From assembly GCA_018712345.1 (NCBI GenBank), contig DVHG01000011.1:2209-66208 (forward strand): a stretch of 64,000 nucleotides of DNA, in the 5' to 3' direction. The stretch comes from Candidatus Onthovicinus excrementipullorum. GTDB lineage: Bacteria > Bacillota > Clostridia > Oscillospirales > Acutalibacteraceae. The position numbers and the translations under genes are program-made. This document shows positions 1 to 9,553 of the stretch, in pieces (the stretch's first letter is position 1; each line of letters opens with the position of its first letter). The notes below the pieces were generated by a model that was given only the letters and a program-made list of their open reading frames with translations, did not search any database and was not told the DNA's origin.

Positions 1-1
1 G

Positions 2-514
2 GAGATGGCCAAGCGTATCAACAAGGCCGTGTTCCCCGGCACACAGGGCGGTCCGCTGATGCATATCATCGCCGGAAAAGCTGTCTGCTTTGGTGAGGCG
101 CTCCAGCCGGAATTCAAGGCCTATCAGCAGCAGGTTATTAACAATGCAAAGGCGCTCGCGGACGGGCTTCTCAAGCGCGGGATCAATCTGGTCTCCGGCG
201 GCACGGACAATCACCTGATGCTCGTTGATCTGCGCGGCACAGGTATCACCGGCAAAGAGCTGGAGCACCGTATGGACAGCGTCTATATCACGGCAAATAA
301 GAACGCTATCCCGAACGATCCGGAAAAGCCGTTTGTCACCAGCGGCGTGCGCCTCGGTACGGCTGCCGTCACCACTCGCGGTCTGAAGGAAGCTGATATG
401 GATATCATTGCAGACTGTATTGTACGCTGCTGCAAGGGTACCTTTGAGCAGGATGCAGATGCCATACGTGCCGATGTTGAAAAGCTGATCGCAAAATATC
501 CGCTGTACGAATAA
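2..514 (+). CDS. glyA: Serine hydroxymethyltransferase, C-terminal part (5' end outside window)
   Basis: ORF 5..514 translation ([29 protein letters not shown]) matches the conserved SHMT C-terminal half. The frame is open to the window edge. Confidence 0.9.
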   Translation, partial: EMAKRINKAVFPGTQGGPLMHIIAGKAVCFGEALQPEFKAYQQQVINNAKALADGLLKRGINLVSGGTDNHLMLVDLRGTGITGKELEHRMDSVYITANKNAIPNDPEKPFVTSGVRLGTAAVTTRGLKEADMDIIADCIVRCCKGTFEQDADAIRADVEKLIAKYPLYE

Positions 515-592
515 TTCTGCATATGGCAAGAGGGCGTTCCCCAAGACGGGGAACGCCCTCTTAATTTTAAAGGCGGGTATAAAAGGAATCTA

Positions 593-1057
593 TTATGAAT
601 CCCGCTTAATGGGGTTGCCGTGGCCGTCCACATTGATGGAGCCGGTCAGGATCTGGATTCCTTCCACCAGCCCCCAGATGGCGGCGACAGCCGGACCGAG
701 GCCACACAGGATCCAGCCGATCAGAGTCAACAGAAGCTGGATGATAGCCTTCTGCGTATAGCCCAGATAAAAGTTGTGGATGCCGAGAGAGCCGAGGAAG
801 ATACCCAGCAGTCCAGCCACAAGAGAGGACTTGGGCGGGTTTGCCGCGTTCGGAGCGCCATAGGCATAGGCGTTGTTGGCCGCCCCGGCGTTGAGATTGA
901 CACCGCAGTGGGTGCAGACCATAGCGTTTGGATCCGTCGGCTGGCCGCAGTTGGGGCAGTAGGCATTTCCAGAGCCTACCGGCACGCCGCACTGGGTGCA
1001 GACGAATGCGCCGTTTTGGAGGGCTGCGCCGCAATTCTTACAATACATTGAGATCAT
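593..1057 (-). CDS. Zinc-ribbon / TM2-domain membrane protein
   Basis: The N-terminus has three CxxC...CxxC zinc-ribbon repeats (CKNCGA..CTQCG, CPNCG..CTHCG). The C-terminus is TM2-like (GIHNFYLGYTQKAIIQLLL). RBS AAAGGA lies upstream of the ATG. Confidence 0.75.
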   Translation of the reverse strand: MISMYCKNCGAALQNGAFVCTQCGVPVGSGNAYCPNCGQPTDPNAMVCTHCGVNLNAGAANNAYAYGAPNAANPPKSSLVAGLLGIFLGSLGIHNFYLGYTQKAIIQLLLTLIGWILCGLGPAVAAIWGLVEGIQILTGSINVDGHGNPIKRDS

Positions 1058-1092
1058 CCTTTCGTTTATATGAATGGCTTGCTATGTATGAA

Positions 1093-2328
1093 TCACTCAC
1101 CGTCCCCGGCAGCGGTTCCGGGTGGGGCGGTGGATTCGGCGGGGGGATCCGTTGTTTTCGTCTGAGACGCGGCATAGGCCTTCTCATCGCGCTCAGTGCG
1201 CCAGAGGTGGATGGTTCCGTTATCGGAGAGCATCTTGATCAGCATAATAAGCATCGGCATCAGGAACAGTCCGATAAAGCCGAACAGCTGCAGGCCAAAG
1301 AACATGGCAATCAGGGTCACAAACGGCGGGAGGCCAAGCTGGACGGAGACGAGCTTGGGCTCGATATATTGCCGGATTACCGTGATCAGGGCATAGATGA
1401 TTGCCAACCCGATACCAAGCCCCGTGTTCCCCACAATGAAGGAGTAAAGCGCCCATGGAATCAGGACGGTACCGGTACCGAGCACGGGAATGATATCGAC
1501 AATGGCGATGACCAGCGCGAGAATAATGATATAACTGCCGTTGAGCACGCCGATTGCGGACAGAATCTTAAATCCGATTAACAGCTCCAGGAATGTAATG
1601 CATAGAATAAGTAGATAGGCTTTCGCGACCTTGCCAAAGGAGAATAGGACCGTGCGCTTTGTTCTGGAAAAAACTTCGCGTTTTTCCGGCGGGATCTGGC
1701 GGTAGATAAAGCGGCGGATCCTTGGGTAGTCGATCGTGATAAATACACAGCACACACAGGAGACAACTACAGCGAGCACCGCACTGGGTACCTGCTTGGC
1801 GGCGTTGAAGGTCACCTGAAGCGGCCCGGACAGGAAGGACCAGTCAATCCCGCCGCCGGTGCCGGCGCTCAGATTGTCAAGAAAACGGTTGATGCTGCCG
1901 AGCACAGCGGGCTCAATTGAATCCGGAAGGAAACCCAGCGCGGAGCCCAGATAGGTCTTGAGGGACTCGATCAACTGCGGCAGGGAACTGAAGCGCTCAT
2001 CCAGATAGGTCACAAAGGATCGCAGCTGGGAAAAAATTGTGGCGCCAAGCAAAACGATAAGTCCCAGGGCGATGAACAGGACCACCAGCACCAGCACCAG
2101 GGAGGGAAATCCGCGCCCGATTCGCTTTGCTTTTTTCTGGATGAAGTTTACCGGACGCTGGAAGGCCATGGCAAAGGCAAACGCAACTAGGAACGGGAAA
2201 ACCGGCCAGAAAAGATATTTGAGGAATATGTATACGAGCGTAATGATCAGTGCAAAGAACGCAAAGTTAATCAAAAAGGCACGGCGCTTCTCTACATGAC
2301 GTCTGCTTTTCTCCCTGCTGTTTTCCAT
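1093..2328 (-). CDS. AI-2E family transporter (YtvI-like integral membrane protein)
   Basis: 411-aa polytopic membrane protein with the typical AI-2E/PerM layout and conserved C-terminal block (IIPVLGTGTVLIPWALY, YIEPKLV). Confidence 0.8.
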   Translation of the reverse strand: MENSREKSRRHVEKRRAFLINFAFFALIITLVYIFLKYLFWPVFPFLVAFAFAMAFQRPVNFIQKKAKRIGRGFPSLVLVLVVLFIALGLIVLLGATIFSQLRSFVTYLDERFSSLPQLIESLKTYLGSALGFLPDSIEPAVLGSINRFLDNLSAGTGGGIDWSFLSGPLQVTFNAAKQVPSAVLAVVVSCVCCVFITIDYPRIRRFIYRQIPPEKREVFSRTKRTVLFSFGKVAKAYLLILCITFLELLIGFKILSAIGVLNGSYIIILALVIAIVDIIPVLGTGTVLIPWALYSFIVGNTGLGIGLAIIYALITVIRQYIEPKLVSVQLGLPPFVTLIAMFFGLQLFGFIGLFLMPMLIMLIKMLSDNGTIHLWRTERDEKAYAASQTKTTDPPAESTAPPGTAAGDGE

Positions 2329-2581
2329 GATTTAATGAACCTCCCGACAGTAGGCCGAATATTACGTCCGTTGTCATTATTTTAAACGATATTTCTTTCA
2401 AATACAATTCTAAAAAGGAAAAAAAGAGAGAAAATTTTAAAAAAATAAAGGCCCTGTCTTTATTCTGCGCCTTTTTTGTGCTATTATAGTAAAAACCAAC
2501 TGCTCAAAACGGCGGAAGACCGGCTTTGAGCTGCTCTGGACGGGGCAGCCACAGCGGATTATATAGGGGGTTATCATCATT

Positions 2582-3793
2582 ATGCAGCTTGCAATTATGG
2601 GCTATGGGGTCGTCGGGTCCGGCGTGGCCGAGGTGCTGATTAAAAATCACGACAGCATCGTCCGGCGCAGCGGGAAAGACTCCATGCAGCTCAAATACAT
2701 TCTGGACCTGAAGGACTTCCCGGACGATCCGCTCCATGACCGCATGATTAAGGATTTTAACATCATTCTCAACGATGATGAGATCTCCATCGTCGTGGAG
2801 ACGATGGGAGGCCTGCACCCTGCTTATGAATTTGTCAAGAGCCTGCTTGAGCGCGGCAAGAGCGTCGTCACCTCCAATAAGGAACTCGTCGCCAGCAAGG
2901 GCGCGGAACTGCTGCGCACTGCGCGGGAGCACCGGGTGAATTTCCTCTTTGAGGCGAGCGTGGGCGGCGGGATCCCGATTATCCGTCCCATCAGCCAGTG
3001 CCTGGCCGCAAATGTGATTGAGGAGGTTGCGGGTATCCTTAACGGAACGACGAATTTTATCCTCACAAAGATGATTGACGACAAGCTGGATTTTGATACC
3101 GCGCTCCGCCTCGCACAGAAAAACGGCTATGCCGAGAGCGACCCAACTGCCGACATTGAGGGAATCGACTCCTGCCGCAAAATCTGTATTCTGGCGTCCC
3201 TCTGCTTTGGGTATCACGTCTACCCCGATCAGGTCTACACACAGGGCATCAGTGATGTCACGCTTCAGGATGTGGCATTTGCCCATAAATTCGGCAAGGT
3301 CATCAAGCTCCTCGGGATGGCTAAAAAGCTCAGTGACGGCCGTGTTACGGCCAGTGTCCGCCCCTGCCTGGTGGATGAGTCCGGCCAGTTTGCCAATGTG
3401 ACAGATGTGTTCAACTCCATCCTGGTGCGCGGTGATGTGATCGGTGATGTCTGCTTTTACGGCCGGGGGGCCGGGAAACTGCCCACAGCCTCTGCTGTGG
3501 TGGCGGATGTGATCGACTGCGCCAAGCACAGCGACCGCACGAAAATTTTTGGCTGGAACGATGCAAAAGAGAACTATGTGACCGATCACCTGGATGATCC
3601 CTGTGCGCTGTATGTTCGTGCGCAGGGGGATGAGAAGGCGATTCTGGATCTGTTCCCGGCAGCGGAGATCGCCTCCTCCGGCGGTGAGTTTGCCTTTATT
3701 ACAGATGCGGCGTCCGAGCGGGAACTGCTGGCGAAGCTGAGCCGGATCCCCGGCGTCACGGTGAAAAGCACTATTAAAGTGACAGACTATTAA
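2582..3793 (+). CDS. hom: Homoserine dehydrogenase
   Basis: N-terminal Rossmann motif (MGYGVVGSGV), catalytic-domain motifs (VTSNKELVA, EASVGGGIPII, NGTTNFILT) and a C-terminal ACT-like region. RBS present. Confidence 0.9.
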   Translation: MQLAIMGYGVVGSGVAEVLIKNHDSIVRRSGKDSMQLKYILDLKDFPDDPLHDRMIKDFNIILNDDEISIVVETMGGLHPAYEFVKSLLERGKSVVTSNKELVASKGAELLRTAREHRVNFLFEASVGGGIPIIRPISQCLAANVIEEVAGILNGTTNFILTKMIDDKLDFDTALRLAQKNGYAESDPTADIEGIDSCRKICILASLCFGYHVYPDQVYTQGISDVTLQDVAFAHKFGKVIKLLGMAKKLSDGRVTASVRPCLVDESGQFANVTDVFNSILVRGDVIGDVCFYGRGAGKLPTASAVVADVIDCAKHSDRTKIFGWNDAKENYVTDHLDDPCALYVRAQGDEKAILDLFPAAEIASSGGEFAFITDAASERELLAKLSRIPGVTVKSTIKVTDY

Positions 3794-3863
3794 TCCTGAG
3801 GCGCAGGGGAAGAACGCTGCAGATATATAATGAAATAAACCACCAGATACGGGAGGAAACAGC

Positions 3864-5069
3864 ATGGCACTCATTGTTCAGAAATTCGGCGGGAGCTCCG
3901 TTGCCAACGCCGAACGCGTTATGAACGTGGCAAACATTGTAACAGATACTTATCGCGCGGGCAACGACGTCGTAGTCGTGGTCTCCGCGCAGGGGGATAC
4001 AACGGATGACCTGATTGAAAAGGCGAATGAGATCAACCCCCGCGCCTCCCGCCGGGAAAGGGATATGCTTCTCTCCGCGGGGGAGCAGATGTCCATCGCA
4101 CTGCTCGCAATGGCGATCGAAAAGCTGGGCTGTCCGGTAATTTCACTGCTCGGATGGCAGGCCGGGTTCAATACAAATTCCGCTTACAGCGCCGCGCGCA
4201 TCAAGTCCATCAATACGGACCGCCTGAACGCTGAGCTTGACAAGCACCGCATCGTGGTAGTCGCCGGCTTCCAGGGGAAGAACAAGTATGACGATATCAC
4301 CACCCTTGGCCGCGGCGGGTCCGATACAAGTGCGGTTGCCATCGCAGCGGCGCTGCACGCGGACCGCTGCCAGATCTTCACGGATGTGGAGGGCGTCTAC
4401 ACGGCCGACCCCCGCAAGGTGGAAAATGCGAAAAAGCTCAAGGAGATCACCTATGATGAGATGCTCGAGCTCGCAACTCTGGGCGCTCAGGTGCTCAATA
4501 ACCGTTCCGTTGAAATGGCGAAAAAATACAATGTTGAGGTCGAGGTCCTCTCCAGCCTGAAGAGAGTGCCCGGCACAATCGTTAAGGAGGTCACCACTGT
4601 GGAAAAGATGCTGGTCAGGGGCGTAACCAAGGATAATGACATTGCTAGAATTTCGATCATCGGGCTGCCCGATACCCCCGGAATCGCCTTCAAGCTGTTC
4701 AGCGTACTGGCGGCGAAAAAATTCAATGTAGACATCATCCTTCAGTCCGTGGGCCGCGACGGCACTAAGGACATTACTTTCACCGTAGCCAAGGACAACG
4801 CCGAGGAGACCGTCTCCACGGTGCTGGAGAACTTTGATATCCCGAAGGAGAACATCGTCTGCGATACGAATGTCAGTAAGGTCTCCGTCGTCGGCGCGGG
4901 GATGGAGACGCATCCCGGAACTGCCTCTACAATGTTTGAGGCGCTGTATGCGGCCGGAATCAATATCCAGATGATCGCCACAAGCGAGATTAAGATCTCC
5001 GTGCTGATCGATTTGGACGACGCCGACCGTGCTGTGGCTGCCGTCCACAAGGCGTTTTTCCCGGACTGA
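3864..5069 (+). CDS. lysC: Aspartate kinase
   Basis: Starts MALIVQKFGGSSV, contains LGRGGSDTSAVA and has tandem ACT domains at the C-terminus. Lies 70 nt downstream of hom. Confidence 0.92.
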   Translation: MALIVQKFGGSSVANAERVMNVANIVTDTYRAGNDVVVVVSAQGDTTDDLIEKANEINPRASRRERDMLLSAGEQMSIALLAMAIEKLGCPVISLLGWQAGFNTNSAYSAARIKSINTDRLNAELDKHRIVVVAGFQGKNKYDDITTLGRGGSDTSAVAIAAALHADRCQIFTDVEGVYTADPRKVENAKKLKEITYDEMLELATLGAQVLNNRSVEMAKKYNVEVEVLSSLKRVPGTIVKEVTTVEKMLVRGVTKDNDIARISIIGLPDTPGIAFKLFSVLAAKKFNVDIILQSVGRDGTKDITFTVAKDNAEETVSTVLENFDIPKENIVCDTNVSKVSVVGAGMETHPGTASTMFEALYAAGINIQMIATSEIKISVLIDLDDADRAVAAVHKAFFPD

Positions 5070-5084
5070 TCCAAAAAATATTCA

Positions 5085-5106
5085 GGGGGCCATAGGCCCC
5101 TTTTTT
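5085..5106 (+). terminator. Rho-independent terminator after lysC
   Basis: GGGGGCC-ATA-GGCCCCC hairpin followed by TTTTTT. Confidence 0.7.
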
Positions 5107-5271
5107 AATGCCTGTATGTAAAACAGAGGCTTCCCAGCGTTTTGCTCAATAGAAATTCTGTGTTTTCTACAAATTGGTTTATATTTTTTTAATGATTTTC
5201 CTGGAAGTGTCTGCTATAATAAATTTATTGAATAATAATTCAACAAATTAAGATCTGGAGGGGGCGTATAA

Positions 5272-6084
5272 ATGGAAAAAATAATCGATTATATTGAGGA
5301 TTCTCTGGCCGGCATCCCGGATGACGGGACGCTCTACCGGTATAAACGGAAGATTCTCAATGAAATGGACGAGCGCGCAGACGAAATCACGCATGCCGGG
5401 CTGAAGGATGAACAGGTGCTGGCCGATCTGCTATGCGACGAATATGGAGATCTGAAGGCCGGATTCCGAAAGTTTGCGGAGGAAGAGCGTCTGAAAAAGC
5501 GCGCGCGTTCGCGCAGGAAGGCGATCCTGATTGGAACCCCGCTGTATGTACTGCTGCTGACGGCGATCTATCTGGGCGTCAGCTTCCTGATCGGCCACTG
5601 GGCGCAGACATGGCTGATTATGGTGGGCGGCATCTTCTTGCTGATCCTGTTCCTGAGTGGGATCGGGGTCAAAAAGCTGTGCGGCATGCGCCGCCTGTTC
5701 CATCCGATTGCGCGGATACTGGTCGCGATCGACGTGATGCTGGTGGCGGTCTTTGTCTTCCTGTTCTGCCTGATGCTGTTTGATCCGCCGCATATCTGGG
5801 TGGTCATTATCGCAGGCGTGATTGCACTGCTGATCGCAGACGCCATCTTTGCGGCCGTGACGCATCAAAAGCTGGCAATTATCAACTACCTGCTCTATGT
5901 CCCGGCCGGAGCGGCGCTGCTGTATGTGATCCTCGGCGGCGTGCATGCCGTCCCGTGGAGCCCGGGATGGATGATTGTGCTGCTGGGTGTGCTGGCGGAT
6001 ATCCTGATCGTGGTAGGCGTGATGATCAACAATTCCCGTTATATCTATAAACAGGAGGTGGAGGACGTATGGAACGAAGGCTGA
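5272..6084 (+). CDS. Membrane protein with soluble N-terminal helical domain (DUF1700-like impression)
   Basis: About 85 aa of charged N-terminus (RYKRKILNEMDERADEI) followed by about six hydrophobic helices. Good RBS (GGAGGGGG). The stop overlaps the next gene. Confidence 0.7.
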   Translation: MEKIIDYIEDSLAGIPDDGTLYRYKRKILNEMDERADEITHAGLKDEQVLADLLCDEYGDLKAGFRKFAEEERLKKRARSRRKAILIGTPLYVLLLTAIYLGVSFLIGHWAQTWLIMVGGIFLLILFLSGIGVKKLCGMRRLFHPIARILVAIDVMLVAVFVFLFCLMLFDPPHIWVVIIAGVIALLIADAIFAAVTHQKLAIINYLLYVPAGAALLYVILGGVHAVPWSPGWMIVLLGVLADILIVVGVMINNSRYIYKQEVEDVWNEG

Positions 6085-7355
6085 ATGCCGAGCTCTGGGA
6101 TAAAATGCACTATCTGTTCCGTGATTTCAATGACCGGATGGTCCATGTGGAGCTTCGGTACGACTATGAGATCGATCTGGAAGTGCTCAAGACCGTGCTC
6201 ATCTGCTTCTTTGAAAAGGCGCCCGTCCTCCACTCAAGCTTTGTGGATAACCACATTAGCACGCACTGGAGCGTGCAGGACTATCGGATTGAGGATGTGC
6301 TTACCGTAGCGCATCCGAAGCCCGAGGAGCTCGACAGCGTGGTGGATGAGTTCCTGATGCAGTACATCCCGCCGGATGCCCCCCTTCAGATGAAGGTTGC
6401 CGTGTTTTACTGTGAAGGAAAGAGCGTGCTCTGCTTGGTGGAAAACCATATGTGTATGGACGGCGGGGATCTGAAATATTTCATGAAGGCGCTGTGCCAA
6501 AATTACAGCGACTATGCGGAAAAAAAGATCAGCCCCATCAAGCTGCGCCAGGGCTCTCGCTCATTTGAGCAGGTGTACTCGGACTTCTCTCAGACGGAGC
6601 AGCGCATGGCGCGCAATCTATATAAAAATGTGTGCGCCAAGGATACACATAAATTCCCTCTCACGCCGGACAGTATCCGGGATCGCTCCTTCATCGTGCG
6701 CAGGAAAATCGGCGTCGAGATGTTCGATAAAATTCGCTCCGCCGGCAAAAAGCACGGAGCCACGATCAACGATATGCTGGTGGCCGCCTACTTCTACAGC
6801 CTCTATGAGCTGGCCGGTTATCCGGAGAGTGACAGCGTGACGATCTCCTGTGCGATCGACCTGCGCCGCCATATTAAAGATGTCAGCGATGAGGGCCTCA
6901 CGAATCATACGGCTTTCATGCAGTGCAGTATTCCCGAGCGTGGGCGGGATATCTTTGAGACGCTCAAGTACGTCGTTCGCAGCTCCAACCGGTATAAGAA
7001 GGATAAATTCATGGGTCTGTATGGTCTCCCGCTGCTGAAGATGGCCTACGGCATCCTGCCGCACACCGCCTCGGAGGAGATTATCAAGATCGGCTACTCC
7101 AACCCGCTGATCGCCATGAGCAATATCGGCATTCTGGAGGCGGATAAGCTGGCGCTGTGTGGTCACCAGCCGTATGACGGCTACATGACCGGTGCCGTAA
7201 AGTACAAACCGTATGTGCTGCTCTCCGCCACCTCCCTCAACCGGGTGCTCACCTTGGCCATGTGTGTGCGTGGAAATGATAAGGATCGCGCGATTGTCGA
7301 GCGCTTTTTTGACCTGCTGGAGCAGAATATTCAGGAACTGACCCGCGGCGAATAG
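6069..7355 (+). CDS. Stand-alone condensation-domain / CAT-superfamily acyltransferase (HxxxDG motif)
   Basis: HMCMDGGD (HxxxDG) sits about 125 aa from the N-terminus. The 428-aa length is typical of C-domain, PapA5 and WS/DGAT-like enzymes. Strong RBS AGGAGGTGGAGG. 16-nt overlap with the upstream membrane protein gene. Confidence 0.7.
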   Translation: MERRLNAELWDKMHYLFRDFNDRMVHVELRYDYEIDLEVLKTVLICFFEKAPVLHSSFVDNHISTHWSVQDYRIEDVLTVAHPKPEELDSVVDEFLMQYIPPDAPLQMKVAVFYCEGKSVLCLVENHMCMDGGDLKYFMKALCQNYSDYAEKKISPIKLRQGSRSFEQVYSDFSQTEQRMARNLYKNVCAKDTHKFPLTPDSIRDRSFIVRRKIGVEMFDKIRSAGKKHGATINDMLVAAYFYSLYELAGYPESDSVTISCAIDLRRHIKDVSDEGLTNHTAFMQCSIPERGRDIFETLKYVVRSSNRYKKDKFMGLYGLPLLKMAYGILPHTASEEIIKIGYSNPLIAMSNIGILEADKLALCGHQPYDGYMTGAVKYKPYVLLSATSLNRVLTLAMCVRGNDKDRAIVERFFDLLEQNIQELTRGE

Positions 7356-7364
7356 ATCGCCGTA

Positions 7365-7403
7365 CAGAGCCCCGCAGCCTTTCGGTGCGGGGCTCTGCTT
7401 TTT
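7365..7403 (+). terminator. Rho-independent terminator
   Basis: CAGAGCCCCGCA...TGCGGGGCTCTG stem followed by CTTTTT. Confidence 0.75.
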
Positions 7404-7585
7404 GCCCGCCGGGAGGGATAGCCCCCCTTTTTGCAGCAGTTCCAACAGAGAAGTCCTATTAATATTTTACAAAAACAGTTGAGTTTTCGTGCGTGCTGGT
7501 GTATAATCTATCTGTATAACTAAAATCCCGCAGAACCGCTCCGGGTTGTTTTGTTGTACGCCGAAAATTTTAAGGAGTTGAAAAA

Positions 7586-9376
7586 ATGGAGCCTATCAAG
7601 GTGAACTTCGGTTCAAAAAAGGGCGAAAAACAAGAGGTCGCCGTCCCGTCAAAGTCCTGGCTCAGGATTTTGATCAACGTGATCGTCACGATCATCGGCG
7701 CGGCAATCGCATTTTATGTGATGATCCCTGCGATCAATCTGAAGGATAAGGATTTTTATCTCTATCTGATCGTGGTGCTGGTGATCTACTGCGTATCGGC
7801 CTTCGTCACGTCTATGGCCATCCGGAATCCGGAATATATTCCCTATGCCAAGCGGCAGTCGATCGTGCCGATTATCATTGGTCTGGTCGTTGTGGCCGTC
7901 ATGCTGGTGGGGATGCTCGTCTCCTCCGTCGTTTTCCGCGCGAAGGACTATGCGCAGATTATTGACGTGCAGGAGGGGAATTTTACCGAGGATATCGCAC
8001 AGACGGATTTCAGCAATGTGCCGGTCATCGATATGGCCGCCGTCTCCGTGCTGGGCGATCGCCAGATGGGTACGCTGAACGAGGAGGGCCTCGTCTCCCA
8101 GTTCAATGTCTATAAAGAGGGTTATAACCAGATCAACTACCAGGGCCGTCCGGTCTATGTCACCTCCATGCAGTATGCGGACATCATCCGCTGGCTCACC
8201 AACCAGAGCGAGGGCCTGCCGGGCTATATCCTGGTAGATGGGATTTCGCAGCAGGCAAAAGTCGTCATGATGCCGGACGGCCAGCGGATTAAGTACTCCC
8301 AGGCGGAGCACTTCAACCGGCTGCTGGAGCGCCACCTGCGCTTCCAGTACCCGACCTATATGTTTGATACCCCGAGCTTTGAGATCGATGAAAACGGCCA
8401 TCCCTACTGGATCTCGGCTCGCCTGGATAAGACGATCGGCCTCTTCGGCGGAACGGATGTCATCGGCATCGTGATCACAGATGCCGTGACGGGAGAGAGC
8501 AGGGAGTACACCATGGATGAGGTGCGCAGCGGCCAGAGCAGTGACGGCGAGAGCCTCTCCTGGATCGACCGCGTCTATTCCCCGACGCTCCTGAATGAGC
8601 AGTACAATTATTACGGAAAATATCAGAACGGCTTCTTCAATACGCTGTTCGGCAAGCGTGATATGCGCGTCACTACGGAGAACAACGGCTTCCTGGCGAT
8701 CAATGACGATGTGTACATGTACACAGGCGTTACCTCCGTCACCAGTGACCAGTCCATCATCGGTTTTATCCTGATCAATGAGCGCACCAAGGAGGCCACC
8801 TTCTACCCGCAGGTTGGCGCTAAGGAGAGCTCAGCGCAGCTGTCCGCACAGGGAGCGGTTCAGCAGTACAGCTACTCGGCCACTTTCCCGCTGCTGCTGA
8901 ATGTAGGCGGTCAGCCGACGTATTTCATGTCCCTGAAGGATGCCTCCAATCTGGTCAAGATGTACGCGCTGGTCAATGTGGAGCAGTATTCCACCGTCAC
9001 GGCGACCGGCAATACGATTGAGGAGGTCACGGCGAACTACCTCAACATGTGCCGCCAGAACGGGATCGAAGTCACGGAAAACACCATCAGCGACGATATC
9101 GGCCCCGACTCCGGAACGGCCGGTGACGGCGGCGGCGGAACCCAGCAGCCGACAACCAAGGAGGTCACCGGCGTGATTGAACAGATCAAGACGGTGGTCA
9201 AGGGCGGCAACACGTATTACTATATTAAGCTTACCGGCAGTAATATCTACTACTCCATCTCCGTTGCGGAGCATGAGCAGGCTGTTACGTTCAATGTCGG
9301 TGATACCATCACACTAACCGTCCCGGCAGAGGATACGGACATCATGGCGGCGAGTGATGCGAGTAAGGCGTCCTGA
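7586..9376 (+). CDS. Conserved membrane protein with large extracytoplasmic domain, function unknown
   Basis: Three N-terminal TM helices, about 400 aa of soluble region, a Gly/Thr linker (GTAGDGGGGTQQPTTK) and a small C-terminal beta-like domain. RBS AAGGAG. I recognise no family. Confidence 0.7.
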   Translation: MEPIKVNFGSKKGEKQEVAVPSKSWLRILINVIVTIIGAAIAFYVMIPAINLKDKDFYLYLIVVLVIYCVSAFVTSMAIRNPEYIPYAKRQSIVPIIIGLVVVAVMLVGMLVSSVVFRAKDYAQIIDVQEGNFTEDIAQTDFSNVPVIDMAAVSVLGDRQMGTLNEEGLVSQFNVYKEGYNQINYQGRPVYVTSMQYADIIRWLTNQSEGLPGYILVDGISQQAKVVMMPDGQRIKYSQAEHFNRLLERHLRFQYPTYMFDTPSFEIDENGHPYWISARLDKTIGLFGGTDVIGIVITDAVTGESREYTMDEVRSGQSSDGESLSWIDRVYSPTLLNEQYNYYGKYQNGFFNTLFGKRDMRVTTENNGFLAINDDVYMYTGVTSVTSDQSIIGFILINERTKEATFYPQVGAKESSAQLSAQGAVQQYSYSATFPLLLNVGGQPTYFMSLKDASNLVKMYALVNVEQYSTVTATGNTIEEVTANYLNMCRQNGIEVTENTISDDIGPDSGTAGDGGGGTQQPTTKEVTGVIEQIKTVVKGGNTYYYIKLTGSNIYYSISVAEHEQAVTFNVGDTITLTVPAEDTDIMAASDASKAS

Positions 9377-9389
9377 GTGCTATTCAATC

Positions 9390-9424
9390 AACGGGCAGAT
9401 CCGGCAGGATCTGCCCGTTTTTTG
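9390..9424 (+). terminator. Rho-independent terminator
   Basis: AACGGGCAGATCC..GGATCTGCCCGTT stem followed by TTTTT. Confidence 0.8.
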
Positions 9425-9553
9425 CGCCACCAGCAGCGGCGTCGCCTACTCAGGTGTATTTTTGGTAAAATATACATTGCCTAACGAAAGCGGGCGTGAT
9501 ATAATAAAAAAGGTCCAAAAACAGGAACCACATCGCAATAGGAGGTATTTGAA

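Noticed and set aside
2329-2581. Possible riboswitch or T-box leader upstream of hom-lysC
   Set aside because: The transcribed leader after the TGTGCTATTAT -10 element is only about 100 nt. It forms one simple hairpin, and neither an L-box, a SAM motif nor a T-box specifier/T-box sequence could be recognised.
2504-3874. 456-aa ORF on the minus strand
   Set aside because: Antisense to homoserine dehydrogenase. The same reasoning applies to other long antisense or out-of-frame ORFs: 9446..10702, 15427..16296, 24444..25526, 31281..32399, 35387..36271, 45270..46208, 49174..50229, 50893..52170, 54133..55134 and 61663..62655.
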